Part shown: positions 10,709 to 22,705 of the stretch, piece by piece | How positions within the stretch are numbered: position 1 is the first letter of the stretch | How the letters are laid out: each line of letters begins with the position of its first letter | From: an uncultured Bacillota bacterium | Lineage (GTDB): Bacteria; Bacillota; DTU025; MWDF01 | Assembly (NCBI GenBank): GCA_963823655.1 | Contig: CAWGMK010000010.1 | Span: 64,001 to 128,000, forward strand | Reading direction: 5' to 3' | DNA length: 64,000 bases | Program-made: the position numbers and the translations under genes | The notes under the pieces: generated by a model | Database searches by the model: none | Told to the model about the DNA's origin: nothing | Seen by the model: only the letters and a program-made list of their open reading frames with translations

Positions 10709-11886
10709 ATGACCAAGACCCGGACCCTGCTCGGCTCGCTGGCGGCGTGCGCGCTGCTGGCCTCGATGGCCACGTCGGCCTTCGCGGCGGGCGATGAGCC
10801 TGACGCCATCCCCATCGAAGGCGCAGAGGGCATCCCCTGGCAGCTCGTGGAGCAGTCCGTCGACGGCACCATGACCGCCGTGCCGGACGGCGTCGTCGTG
10901 ACCCTCCTGCTGGAGGACGGCGCGGGCGGCGGCAACGGCGGCTGCAACAACTACTTCGGCGAGTACACGCTGGAGGGCACGAGCCTGACCTTCGGCCCGA
11001 TCGGCTCGACGATGATGCTCTGCGAAGGGCCTGCCAGCGAGGTCGAGGCCGCCTACCTCGCCAACCTGGCCAGCGTCGCGACCTGGGCGAACACCGGTGG
11101 CTCGCTCGTGCTGGGTGGCGCGGATGGCCAGCCCATCCTGAACTTCCTGCCGGCGGCCACGGAGCCGGCAGCCAGCATCGAGGGCATCACGTGGCTGCTG
11201 ACCAGTCAGGCGGTCGACGGCCAGCTGGCGGCGCTGCCGTCCGGCGACCCGCCGATCGTCGTTTCGCTGCTGCTGGACGAGGGCCGCGCCGGCGGGCGCC
11301 GGCGGCTGCAACAACTACTTCGCCAGCTACACGCTGGACGGCTCCAGCCTGGTCTTCGGCCCCATCGGCGCCACCCAGATGTTCTGCGAGGGACCGGCCG
11401 GCGAGGTCGAGACGGCCTACCTGGCCAACCTCGCCACGGTGGCCTCCTGGGCCTCTGATGGCTCGACCCTGAGCCTCGCCGATGCGAGCGGCACGATCGT
11501 CCTGGAGTACGCCATGGCGCCCGAGGCCAGCATCCTGGGCGGCTGGGTCGCGAGCGGCCTCAACAACGGGGCCAACGCGGTCGTGACCTCGGACACCACG
11601 CCGCTGGTGACCGCCGTCTTCGATGCCGAAGGCCGCCTGACCGGCTTCGACGGCTGCAACGACTACTTCACCGACTACACGCATCGACGGCGACCAGATC
11701 AGCATCTCGGACGCCATCGGCTCGACGCGCATGGCCTGCGAGTCGGACGCCCTGTCCGAGCAGTCGCAGCAGTACTACGCGGCACTCCTGGCCGCCACGA
11801 CCTGGTCGGTGAGCCCGGACGGCATGCTCGAGCTGCGTGATGGCGAGGGCGCCCTGCAGGTGAGCTTCACGGCTGCCATGGGCTGA
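10709..11886 (+). CDS. Secreted protein with three META/HslJ domains; frameshifts
   Basis: GAGGAGG RBS, signal peptide, three repeats of GCN.YF..Y...G..L..G.IG.T.M.C. Confidence 0.88.
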
Positions 11887-12072
11887 CCCCCAGTCGCGGG
11901 CGACGCGATGGGCGCTGGCCCGACACGCTCGATGGACGAGGCGCTCTCCTGGCGAGGGCGCCTCGTGCTGTCAGCGGCCTCGCGGCTCGGGCGCAGCAGC
12001 CGGGAGCGCGCTACGATCGATGGCCAGCAGGGGGCGTCGTCGCAGGGGCCCAGACGAGCACAGGAGGTGGCG

Positions 12073-12788
12073 ATGACGCCGACACGACACGATCACGACC
12101 AGGGCGCGCTCGGACAGGCTGCCCCGGCCGAGCCGCCGACCACGCGGCGCCACGTGCTGCGGTCGGGCGGGGCCGCGGCCCTGGCCAGCCTGCTCGGGGT
12201 GGTGGGCCTGGCCTCCGTGACCTCGGCCAAGAACGGCGATCCGCTGCGTGTCGGCGACAAGTCGAGCGCCACCAAGCCCACTCAGCTCGAGTCGTCCAAG
12301 GGGCCGGCGCTGCAGGTGAAGATCAGCGGCAGCGGCGAGGGTGTCGGCGTGCGCGGCTCGGCCAGCTCGGCCAAGGGCGTCGGGCGTGCAGGGCGAGGCC
12401 ACCTCTGAGAAGGGCACCTCCATCGGCGTGCAGGGCCTCGTCGAAGTCACCCGAGGGCATCGCCGGCCAGTTCGTGGCGAAGGGCGGCGGCAGCGCCGTG
12501 GAGGCGCTGGCATCGGAGAAGGACGGGGTCGCCCTGCGCACCAAGGGTCGCCTGGAGCTGGGCGGCCGATCGGGCATCGCCTCCGTCTCGGGCGGGGCGG
12601 AGTTCGTCATCCCCGTGGCCGGCGGCCTCTCCGAGCGATCGCTCGTGCTGGCCACGCTGCAGGAGCACTTCCCCGGCGTGCACGTCGAGTCGGCCAGCGT
12701 CCTGGACGCGGAAGGAGGGCTCGTCGTGGTCCGCCTCAACCAGGCGGTGCCGGAGCCCGCCAAGGTCGGCTGGCTCGTCCTCGACTGA
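12073..12788 (+). CDS. Hypothetical exported protein with Tat-like signal and Gly-rich GVxG repeats; frameshifts
   Basis: AGGAGG RBS; TTRRHVLRSGGAAALASLLGVVG; GVRGSA/GVQGEA/GVQG repeats; ends KVGWLVLD. Confidence 0.6.
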
Positions 12789-15700
12789 TCAGGCCAGCTG
12801 CAGTCGCAGCAGGTCCCCGAAGCGCCGGCGCACGTCGGCCAGCAGCTCGGCGTCGTAGGCGACGCCCACGCCGAGGCGCATCTCCTGCGTGCGCCCGGCA
12901 CCTGCCGGGACGTGGAGCACCACCGGGGTCTGTCCCGGGCGCGACTTGATGAGCGTCCGCAGCTCGCCGAAGGCGGCCACGATGCGCTCGTTCGGGGCGC
13001 TGCCGAAGCGGACGTGAAGCACCTGCCCCGGGCCCGCCTCCATCGCCACGCTGGCAGCCGTGGCCTCGGCGACGATGACGGACCCGACCTCGTCGGGCAA
13101 CGGGGGCTCCTCGTCACGGTCTTGAGCCAGGCTGCGGAAGGCCGGAGGCTCCAGCTGGCCCGGAGAGCGGCTCGGGCGGCCCGTCGTCCGGGCCGCCCGC
13201 GGCGGGCAGGTCCCAGCCAGCCGAAGCCGCGGGCGCGGGCGCTGCCACCGGCCGATGCTCCGTGGTCGGGCCGCGGCACGGCCGCCGGACGTCGCGGCGG
13301 TGGCGCCCCGATGGTGACGACCAGGGTGCCCTGCGGCTGGCTGCCGCGCAGGGGTGAGACGCGCGGGATGGTGATGACCTGAGGCGACGCGCTCGCCGCG
13401 GCCCCCAACGGATCGACTGCCTGGATCCACGGGGCGACCGCATCGGACCCTGACCGAGCGATCGCCACGGGCACCTCAGCGCTGCCAGCGACCGCTGCGG
13501 GCCGGGTCACGGCCACCGCCGTGCGGGCGCCGTCCGTCCTTCGGCGCGTTCCGCCTGGCCGTTCGCGCGCTCCGGCCACTCCGACGCGGCCCCCGGCGTC
13601 CCCGGTCGCCCGCCGCCACCGCCTGCGCGAAGGCCTCCGGGCCCAGGGCCAGCGCCTCATCCCAGGTCCACACGGAGTCGGCCAGGACCACGGTCTCGTC
13701 GCCCTTGTGGTCGACCCGACCGGCCACGAGCAGCACGCGCGTCCTCGCGCCACGTGTCGCCGGTCTCCGCGTAGGTCCGCGGGAAGACGACGACGTCCAC
13801 GCTGCCCTGCAGGTCCTCCAGCGTCACGACGGCCATCGACTCGCGGTTCCGGGTGATGACACGGCGGATGCCCACGGCCATGCCGCCCACCACGACGCGC
13901 TGCTGGTCGAGCGGCTCGCCCACGTCGGCCGACCAGGCGTCGACGTACCTGGCCATCTCGGCAGCCAGCTCGCCCAGGGGGTGGTCGGAGAGGTAGAGGC
14001 CCGAGCAGCTCCTTCTCCCAGCGCAGCCGCTCGCGCGAGGGTGCCTCCGTGCGCACGGGCAGGGGCCGCTCGAGGCTCGCCTCGTCGTCCCCGAACATGT
14101 CGAAGAGCGAGCCCTGCCCGGTCTCGCGATCGCGGGCGCTGGGCCTGGCCGTGGGCCATGGCGTCGTCGAGGCCGTCGAGCAGCTGCGCGGGATGGCCCA
14201 GCGAGCGCAGGGCATCGACCTTGATGAGCGACTCCAGGACGCGCTTGTTGACGAGGCGCAGGTCGATGCGGGCGCAGAGGTCGGCCAGCGAGGTGAACTC
14301 GCCACCCGCCTCGCGGGCGTCGATGATCGACTGGATGGCCCCTCGCCGACGTTCTTGATGGCCAGCAGGCCGAAGCGGATGGAGTCGCCCTCCACGGTGA
14401 AGTCGAGGTGGCTGACGCGGACGTCCGGGCCCGAGCACCTCGATGCCCAGGCGGCGGCACTCGGCGATGGCGCCGGCCACCTTCTCCGTGTTGTCGCGGA
14501 AGGCCGACAGGACGCTGGTCATGTACTCGACCGGGTAGTTGGCCTTCAGGTAGGCGGTCTGGTAGGCGATGAGGCCGTAGCAGGTGGCGTGGGCCTTGTT
14601 GAAGCCGTAGCGCTCGAAGGGCTCGAAGGCCTTGAAGACGGCGTCGATGACCTGGGCGTCCACGCCGCGCTCGGCCGCCTGGCGCACGAACTTGTCCTTC
14701 TGGGCGCGCAGCACCGACGACTTCTTCTTGCGGATGGCATAGCCCAGGGTGTCCGCCTCCGGCCCGGTGAAGCCGCCCAGGGCGATGGCCGCGGCCATGA
14801 TGTCCTCCTGGTAGACGAAGATGCCGTAGGTCTTCTCCAGGTAGGGCTTCAGGAGCGGGTGCAGGTAGGTGACCTTCTCCTGGCCGTGCTTGCGCCGGAT
14901 GTAGGAGGGGATGTTGTCCATGGGCCCCGGCCGGAAGAGGGCCACCATGGCCGCCAGGTCGTAGACGGAGGTCGGCCGCAGCTCCTTGATGTAGCGGCGC
15001 ATGCCCGCCGACTCGAGCTGGAAGACGCCCGTCGTCTCGCCGCTGGAGAGCAGCTCGAAGGTCGTCGCGTCGTCGAGGGGGATGCGCTCGAGGTCGATGC
15101 GCACCCCGCTGTGCTGCTCGATGAGGTCCACGGCCTGGCGCAGGATGGTCAGGTTGGAGAGGCCCAGGAAGTCGAACTTGAGCAGGCCCAGGGCCTCCAC
15201 GCCGTGCATCTCGTACTGCGTCATGAGGGCGTCCGAGTTGGTGGCCCGCTGGAGGGGCATCAGCTCGGTCAGCGGGTCGCGGCTGATGACGACGCCGGCG
15301 GCGTGCGTGGAGGCGTTGCGCGAGACGCCCTCCAGCTGGCGCGCGATGTCCACGAGCTTGTGGATGCCCTGGTCGCTCTCGACCATCTCGCGGAACGGCG
15401 GGGCGACCTTGAGCGCCTCCTCGAGCGTGATGCCCAGCTGCGTGGGGATGGCCTTGGCGATGCGGTCCACCTCGCCGTAGCCGTAGCCCATGACGCGGCC
15501 CACGTCGCGCACGGCGGCGCGCGCCAGCATCGTGCCGAAGGTGATGATCTGGGCCACGTGGTCCTGCCCGTACTTGCGGGTGACGTAGTTGATGACCTCG
15601 TCGCGGCGGGCGTCCTCGAAGTCGACGTCGATGTCCGGCATCGTCACGCGGTCGGGGTTGAGGAAGCGCTCGAAGGGCAGCTCGTAGGCGATGGGGTCGA

Positions 15701-16837
15701 CCGGCGTGATGCCCAGGGTGTAGGTGACGATGGAGCCGGGGGCCGAACCGCGGCAGGTGGTGGCGATGCCCTGCTCGCGGGCGAAGCGCGTGAAGTCGGC
15801 CACGATGAGGAAGTAGGCCGCGTAGCCCATGGAGATGATGACGCCGAGCTCGTAGTCGAGGCGCTGGCGGAGGGCCTCGGTGACGGTGCCGTAGCGGCGC
15901 TCCAGGCCGCGCTCGCACTCGGTCCGCAGCCAGGTCTCCACGGTGTAGCCGTCGGGCACGGGGAAGTGCGGCAGGCGCAGCTCGCCGAAGGTCATCTGCA
16001 GGTCGGTCATCTCGGCCACGCGCCTGCGTGTTCAGTGAGCGCGCGCGGCACGGTCGGGGAAGAGCGCCTCCATCTCCGCGGCCGTCTTGAGGTAGAACTC
16101 CTGCGTCTCGAAGCGCAGCCGGTTGGGCGTGTCGAGGTTGGAGCCGGTGCCCACGCAGAGCAGCACGTCGTGGGCCTCGTGCTGCTCCCGGCGGACGTAG
16201 TGCAGGTCGTTGGTGACGACGAGCTCCGTGCCGGTCTCCGCCGACAGGCGCAGGAGCTTGGGGTTGAGGGCGCGCTGCTCGGGCAGGCCGTGGTCCTGGA
16301 GCTCCAGGAAGAAGCCGTCCGGGCCGAGGATGTCGCGATACTCGCCGGTGACGCGGCGCGCCGCGTCCCAGTCGTCCACCTCGAGGGCCTTGGCGACCTC
16401 GCCGCCGAGGCAGGCGGAGAGGCCGATGAGCCCTGCGCTGTGGCGGGCGCAGCAGCTCGCGGTCGAGGCGCGGCTTGTAGTAGTAGCCGTCGAGGTGCGC
16501 CGCCGTGATGATGCGGCAGAGGTTCTGGTAGCCCGTCCAGTCCCGGGCCAGCAGCGACGAGGTGGAAGGGCTGCGCGTCGGCCTTGCCCTCGCGGTCGGT
16601 CATGCTGCGGCGGGCCACGTAGGCCTCCACGCCGATGATGGGCTTGATGCCCTTGGCCGTGCAGGCCTGGTAGAAGGCCACCGCGCCGTACAGGGCGCCG
16701 TGGTCGGTGATGGCCAGGGCGTCGAAGCCGTGGGCGGACGCCTCGCTGACGAGGTCGTTGATGCGCCCGAGGCCGTCGAGCAGGCTGAACTCCGAGTGCA
16801 GGTGCAGGTGGACGAAGTCGTTCGGGGCGATGGGCAC
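12789..16837 (-). CDS. dnaE: DNA polymerase III alpha subunit; several frameshifts
   Basis: [84 protein letters not shown]-fold. Confidence 0.97.
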
Positions 16838-16862
16838 GCAGCGATGGTAGCGGCCGAGGCCT

Positions 16863-16970
16863 CGGGGCGGGCGGGGGCGTCGGGGCGCGGGGCGGGGCGG
16901 GGGCGCGGGGCGTGGGGCGCGGGCGCGGGGCGCGGGGCGCGGGGCGCGGCTGGCGCGGGCTGGCCCGGGC
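16863..16970 (+). repeat. G-rich low-complexity tract (GGGGCGC-like units) upstream of dnaE
   Basis: More than 12 runs of GGG/GGGG separated by 1-4 nt. Confidence 0.8.
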
Positions 16971-17419
16971 GGTCCTCGATGATCGACGGGCTGGCGCCCT
17001 GCCGGACTCTGACGCGTCAGGACAGTATCGGCCGAGCGCGCCTGCTCAACGGTCGACATTGCGCCCAAGTTCATGTCCATCGCGGGTCTTCTCGGCCATT
17101 CGGTGCGTGTGACGCCAAGCGCAGCCGATCACAGCGCAGCCGTGGCCCCTCGCAGAGCGCAGATCGGCCGATAGTGTCCTGGGAGGAGAGACGCGGGGAC
17201 CGGGCCACGGGGGCGTCCGTGGGCCGCGGCCGGGGCCGTGGGACCGCTCGCGGTTTGGCCCGCTCCGCTCTGCGGATCACGTCCCGGCACCACCACGACA
17301 GGGTCGTGACGACATCCTCTGGTCGCGACGGGTCGTTGGCCGCAGCCCCGAGCCCCTTCGGCTCGCTGACTGGCGCGCCTGGAGACGCGGCTCAGGCAAA
17401 GCGCAGATAAGTCCGAGCG

Positions 17420-18139
17420 ATGTCCTGGATCAGTGGGCATCCTCAGGACCTCGCCATGCCGGCCAGGGTCCGACGGGTCGATCGAGGGTCTCAGAACGGG
17501 CGTCACCTGCTTGGCACGCTCGCGACCGAGCTTCGAGTCGCCCGTCGCGAGGCTGGCCTGAGCCAGACGAGCGTCGGCCGCGCCGCGGGGATCAGCGGCG
17601 GCCACGTTGCGCGTCTTGAACGCGGAGAGGTGAGCGGCGCTTCGGTCATGCTCTACTCGCGACTGTTCGCCGTGCTTGGACTGCGCCTGAGCGCGCGCGC
17701 CTATCCGGATGGTGCACCGGTGCGGGACGTCGCCCATCTCCAGCTCCTCGCACGGTTCCGGGCCACGCTGCCGCCGACCATCAGGCTGCGGACGGAAGTC
17801 CCGCTGCGACTCGACCGCGACCTGCGGGCGTGGGATGGCGAGCTGGAAGTCGTCGGCGGCGTGGAAGCCTCCGGAGCGGGGCGTCGCAGTACATGCAAGC
17901 TTGAGGCGGAGACAGTCCTCTACGACCTCCAGTCGCAGGAACGCCGGGTCGCCCTGAAGATGGCCGATGACCGCGTCGACCGCGTCATCCTCCTGGTGGC
18001 AGACACCCATCGCAATCGGCGAGTCCTCCGGGAGTTCCGCGAGCAGCTGATGGCTCGCTTCCCGCTCGGCACCGCGGCAGTCATGCGCGAGCTGCGAGCG
18101 GGTCGATTGCCCGGGCGAAGCGGGATCGTCATCCGCTGA
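17420..18139 (+). CDS. XRE helix-turn-helix protein with a C-terminal PD-(D/E)XK-like domain
   Basis: LRVARREAGLSQTSVGRAAGISGGHVARLERG; RTEVPL..RAWDG..KLEAET. Confidence 0.75.
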   Translation: MSWISGHPQDLAMPARVRRVDRGSQNGRHLLGTLATELRVARREAGLSQTSVGRAAGISGGHVARLERGEVSGASVMLYSRLFAVLGLRLSARAYPDGAPVRDVAHLQLLARFRATLPPTIRLRTEVPLRLDRDLRAWDGELEVVGGVEASGAGRRSTCKLEAETVLYDLQSQERRVALKMADDRVDRVILLVADTHRNRRVLREFREQLMARFPLGTAAVMRELRAGRLPGRSGIVIR

Positions 18140-18212
18140 CAGGTGGAGGGCGAGCTGCGAGCGGGTCGATTGCCCGAGCGAAGCGGGATCGTCATCCGCT
18201 GACACGTGGAGG
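18087..18212 (+). repeat. 63-bp tandem duplication of the 3' end of the HTH gene
   Basis: 18087-18149 and 18150-18212 differ at 2 positions. Confidence 0.9.
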
Positions 18213-18400
18213 ACGAGCCGCGGCGGCCGGCCCGGGACCCGTCGGTGATCGAGGTGATGTCGAGCTCGCCGGCCACGAGACCGGTCAGGTGCTGCCTGCG
18301 GCGCTGGTCCTTGGCGGTCATCGTGACGGTCGCCCTCATGTCCCGGAGGCTGACAAGTCACGGACCGGTCAGCACTGCCAGATTCTGCGGAGCAACGACA
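18213..18400 (-). mobile_element. Probable IS remnant (IS481/IS1202-like): left end plus about 35 N-terminal transposase codons
   Basis: Minus strand begins TGTC at 18400 with two subterminal repeats (TCCGCAGAATCTGGCAG, TCCGTGACTTGTCAG), then MRATVTMTAKDQRRRQHLTGLVAGELD, truncated. Confidence 0.45.
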
Positions 18401-18571
18401 CCGAATGGCCGATTCGCTCGCAGGTCGTAGAATCCCGGTTCGCTGCCCTGCCGTGGTGGGCAGCACCCCAGGGAGGGCATGCCCTTGCTCCCGCCTCCTC
18501 CGCGAGAGCCCAGTCGATGCGCCGATCCAGCGAGCCCGACCCCGCGCGCCTCAGACCCGCGCGCCTCAGAC

Positions 18572-20642
18572 ATGTACCTGGCGCGCCGTGCCCGTCCTCA
18601 GGTACCGGGAGTGGTCGCCGCGCCGTCAGCCCGGCAGGGGCAGCACAGGTGGCAACCCTCCCGCGACGGCAGACACCTCATCGACAGCAGGCCGCCGCGG
18701 CCCTGGTGATGGTCGTCGTCATGCTCTTCGGCAGCTGGGCGTTCGCGTCGCCGCCGTGGCCCAGGACGCTGTCGCCGGTGCCGCACGTCGTCGGCCGCCG
18801 GAAGGGGCGGCCATCGACCTGATCCAGGGCGAACGGTCTCCGGGTGGGGTCCCGCTGGCAGCTGCCTACGACGCCGAACGTGCCCGCTGCACGGTCATCA
18901 GCCCGGATCCGGTGGCCGGCACGATCGTCGAGCCGGCGCCACGCCGTCAGCTATGTGCTCAGCGCCGGGCCGCCGCCGCAGTCACGGCAGCCGGCGCCGG
19001 AGCCCTGCCCGACCCCAAAGCCCTCCCCGACCCCAAAGCCGTCGCCCACGCCCAAGCCGCCGCCCACCCCAAAGCCGACGCCCTGGCCGACGCCTCCGGG
19101 GGTCAAGGGCGTGGACGTCTCCCATTGGAACGGCGCGCCCGACTTCGGGACGCTGCGCGGAAACGGCATGGAGTTCGTGTTCTCGAAGGCGTCACAGGGC
19201 ACGTGGCTCCAGGACGAGACCTTCCTGCGTAACACGCAGGCGGCCCGCGCGGCCGGCATGCTGCCGGGCGCCTACCACTTCTTCGACTACAACAAGGGCG
19301 GCAAGGAGCAGGCCAGACACTTCCTGGCCACGGTGCAGAACTCGACTGGCCTCGGCGGACTGCTACCCCTCGTCGTGGACGTGGAGACGCTCAAGTCGCT
19401 CGGAACGCCGAACCCCGCCCTGGCGCGCACCCGCCTGCACACGCTCCTGGACGAGCTCTACCGACAGACGGGCCGCTACCCGATGATCTACACGAGTCGC
19501 GAGATGTGGAAGCGCGTCGTCGGCGAGCCGGATGACTTCGGCGCCTATCCGCTGTGGGTGGCCTGCTGGAAGTGCGACAACATCCACCTGCCGCGCGGCT
19601 GGTCGGGCTGGGATTTCTGGCAGGTCGGCCCGTTCCGTTCCCGGGCATGTCGAACCTGGACGGCAACACCTACCGCTCGAGTGCGCAGAAGCTGCGCAAG
19701 GAAGTGCAGCGCGACATGCGCCTCAACAAGGGCGCCGAGTGGTCGGCGAGCACGACCGCCCTGGCCGACCTGTCGCGCTACGACGGCACGGACGTGCGGG
19801 TCGCCCTGGAGGACGGCGGCTTCGGCCCGTGGGCGCCATTTCAGCACCCCTTCCCGGTGCAGCTCGGCGATCAGCAGGGACCCCGCAGCGTCCTGCTGCA
19901 GCTGCGCAGCTACCGCGGCGTCCCGTCGCCGGTCATCAGCGACGCCATCCAGCTCGACTCCGTGCCACCGAAGGTCAAGGGGCCGTGGGTCTCGCTGGTC
20001 TCCGGCGGGCAGCTCAAGCCGAGACGCAGACCGGGTGCCGGTGACGGCCAAGATCGAGGCCACTGACGCCACGTCCGGCCTCGAATCGTCGCGCGTCGAG
20101 GCCAGCCTGCGGGCCGCGTCGGGCCAGTCGCACGCGCCAGGCCCAGGCGGCAGAGCTCGCCATGAACATCGACCGCACGGGCTGCACGATCACCGGCATC
20201 GCTACCGACAAGGTCGGCCTCACTGGCAGCTCGTCGCTCGGCCCGCGCATCCAGCTTCGGGACGTGCGCGAGCGCTCCCGTGACTTCAGCTTCAAGGGTG
20301 ACTGGAAGACGGCCAGGATGAACGAGCGCGATCGGCCGGACGCTCACGCAGGCCTCCGAGCGCGGGGCCCGGATGCGGCTGCCGTTCGAGGGCGCGCAGT
20401 ACGCCATCGTGACGCGACGCGGACCATCCGGCGGCCAGCTCGACGTCCTCGTCGATGGCAAGCGGGTCACGACCCTCGACCTCTACGCGAAGAAGTCGGA
20501 CAGCCGGCGCATCGTCCACGTCGGCAGCGTGCCCAGGCGCAAGCACGTCCTGGAGCTGCGCCCGACCGGGACGAGCGACCCGGCCTCGACGGGCACGACC
20601 GTCTGGCTGGACGCGGTCCTGGTGCTCGACCGGCAGAAGTAG
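18572..20642 (+). CDS. GH25 muramidase/lysozyme with a Pro-rich linker and C-terminal beta-sandwich domains; frameshifts, start approximate
   Basis: KGVDVSHWNG..FVFSKASQG..GAYHFFD..LPLVVDVE..PMIYTS..PLWVA..WDFWQ. Confidence 0.88.
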
Positions 20643-20680
20643 CGCCGACGCGAGGCGGGGCGGCGGCCGACGCTCCCCGG

Positions 20681-21832
20681 TCAGTCCTGGAAGCTGACGA
20701 CCCGGCGAGCCCCGTCACGGCGGCGCATGGCCGCGAAGGCCGCCTCGATGTCCTCGAGGCGGATCGACTCGCTGATGAGGCGCCCCAGGGGCAGTCGGCC
20801 CGCGACCGCATCAGCCGCGATCCGGGGAAAGTCGCGTGCCGGGAGACAGGAGCCGTAGTTGGAGCCGAGCAGGCGCTTGCCGTCCTCCACGAAGCGATAG
20901 ACGTCGATGGCAGCGGTGGCGTCCATCGCGGTCATGCCCACCAGCGTGACCGTGCCGCCGGGCCGGACCGCGCGCAGCGAGAGCTCCACGGTGTCCGTCA
21001 GGCCGATGCACTCGAGCACGTGGTCGGGACCACCTGACGCCATCCCGGACGCCAGGGCCATGACCTCGTCCGGCATCACGGTGACCGTCGCCCCGAGCGA
21101 GCGCGCCTGCTCCAGCTTGGCCGGCTCCACATCCACCGCGATGATGGAAGCAGCCCCGGCGTCCACGGCCGCCATCAACGCCGCCAGGCCCACGCCGCCC
21201 AGACCGACGACGACGACCGACTCCCCTGCCCTCACAGCCGCCGTGTTGCGCACCGCCCCGACGCCGGTGGTGGCCGCGCAGCCGATGAGGGCGGCCACGC
21301 CGGGCGGCGTCCGGGGATCGATCGGGATGGCCGCCTCGGCCGCGACGACCTGACGAGTGGAGAACGTGCCGATCCCCGAGTAGACCCCGAGCCCGGACCC
21401 ATCCGGGCGGTGAAGGCGCATGGACGCCGGGTCGAGCCTGTGGCCCGAGCCCCGCGGTGCGGCACAGAGCCACGCCTCGCCACGAAGGCAGGCCGGACAC
21501 ACCGCGCACGGTGCGGTCCAGGCGAGCGTGACGAGGTCACCGACCCGGAGGCCACCCGCCTCGAGCGGTGCGTCGGGCGGGCGCTCGGTCACGCCATCCC
21601 CGAGCTCCTCGACGATGCCGGCACCCTCGTGCCCGAGGACGACGTCAGCCGGGCGACGCCACTCGCCATCGACGACATGGAGGTCCGAGTGGCACACGCC
21701 GGAGGCGACCATCCGCACGCGAACCTCGCGTGGGCCGGGCGGGTCGAGCCACAGGTCCTCCAGCGTGGGTGGCCTGTCCGGGCCGTGGTAGACCAGGCCA
21801 CGGACGGGCGTTCGGTTCGGGTCCTGGCTCAC
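20681..21832 (-). CDS. Zn-dependent alcohol dehydrogenase (MDR family)
   Basis: GVCHSD, LGHEGAG, CAVCPAC..C, GCAATTG, GLGGVG. Confidence 0.95.
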   Translation of the reverse strand: MSQDPNRTPVRGLVYHGPDRPPTLEDLWLDPPGPREVRVRMVASGVCHSDLHVVDGEWRRPADVVLGHEGAGIVEELGDGVTERPPDAPLEAGGLRVGDLVTLAWTAPCAVCPACLRGEAWLCAAPRGSGHRLDPASMRLHRPDGSGLGVYSGIGTFSTRQVVAAEAAIPIDPRTPPGVAALIGCAATTGVGAVRNTAAVRAGESVVVVGLGGVGLAALMAAVDAGAASIIAVDVEPAKLEQARSLGATVTVMPDEVMALASGMASGGPDHVLECIGLTDTVELSLRAVRPGGTVTLVGMTAMDATAAIDVYRFVEDGKRLLGSNYGSCLPARDFPRIAADAVAGRLPLGRLISESIRLEDIEAAFAAMRRRDGARRVVSFQD

Positions 21833-22680
21833 GGGCGGCTCTCCTCGTGGGGCGGAGGGGGTTCCTCGTCGGGCGCAGCGGCCGCTTCCACTGGCGCCTG
21901 GGCCGTGGCCACTGGCGCTGCGGCCGCTTCCACTGGCGCTGCGGCCACGTCCACTGCCCCGGTCTCGAGCAGCCAGGGTCGATCGTTGAAGGCCTCCGAG
22001 AGGGTCCGCCCGAACCAGCCCGGCGGCTCGCGCTCCGGCGACGCCGACCAGCATCGCCTCCAGCCGCTCCTGGACGACGTCGGTCATCGCCCGGGCACCG
22101 GCCTTGCCGCGAGCGAAGCCGTCGCGGATGGACCGGCTCGCCGATGCGGACGTCCACGCGGCTGCCGAAGTGCACCCAACGGGTGCCGATGATGGCCGTG
22201 GGCACGATGGGCGCGCGAGCCATCATGGCGAAGTGCGCCAGGCCCGTCTCGAGCGGCAGGATGCGGCCCTCGTGGTCGCTGAGGCGGCCCTCGCCGGCGA
22301 TGGCCAGGCAGGCGCCGGTCCGCAGCACGGCCACGGCGCGGCGCGTGGTGTCGATGACGTCCTGTGCCGCGGGCTTGAAGGGCACGCCGCGCCGCGTCCA
22401 GGTGATGACGTGGTTGCGGATGCCCGTGCCCATGTCCTGCTCGCGCGGACCGAAGATGTAGAGCAGGCGCTCGCGGTCCGGCCACGTCGCCGCCAGGACG
22501 ACGGGATCGAGCCACGAGGGGTGGTTGAAGCAGATGATGTAGGGGCCGCCGGGCGGCAGCTGCTCGGCGCCGCGGACGCTGGTGCGCACGTAGGCGCTCA
22601 CGAGCGCCTTGAGGACGAGGCGGACGGCGTGGTAGCGGAGCGGTCCGGGGCTCGTTGTGCTCGGCCGGCTCGACCGTGCG
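21829..22680 (-). CDS. 1-acyl-sn-glycerol-3-phosphate acyltransferase (PlsC family); frameshift, start approximate
   Basis: NHPSWLD, IAGEGR, APIVPTAI motifs; stop overlaps the ADH start (GTGA). Confidence 0.85.
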
Positions 22681-22705
22681 TCAGGCGCTCGGCGACGCTC
22701 GGCGC

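Noticed and set aside
13100-13620. Insertion in the dnaE C-terminal region as a possible intein
   Set aside because: Pro/Ala-rich linker with no Cys/Ser start, His-Asn end or endonuclease motifs
18542-18571. 15-bp direct repeat (CCCGCGCGCCTCAGA x2) before the GH25 gene
   Set aside because: Only two GC-rich copies; cannot distinguish an operator from slippage
21885-21960. Degenerate 21-bp repeats
   Set aside because: They encode a low-complexity Ala/Val/Pro tail of the acyltransferase; not an array
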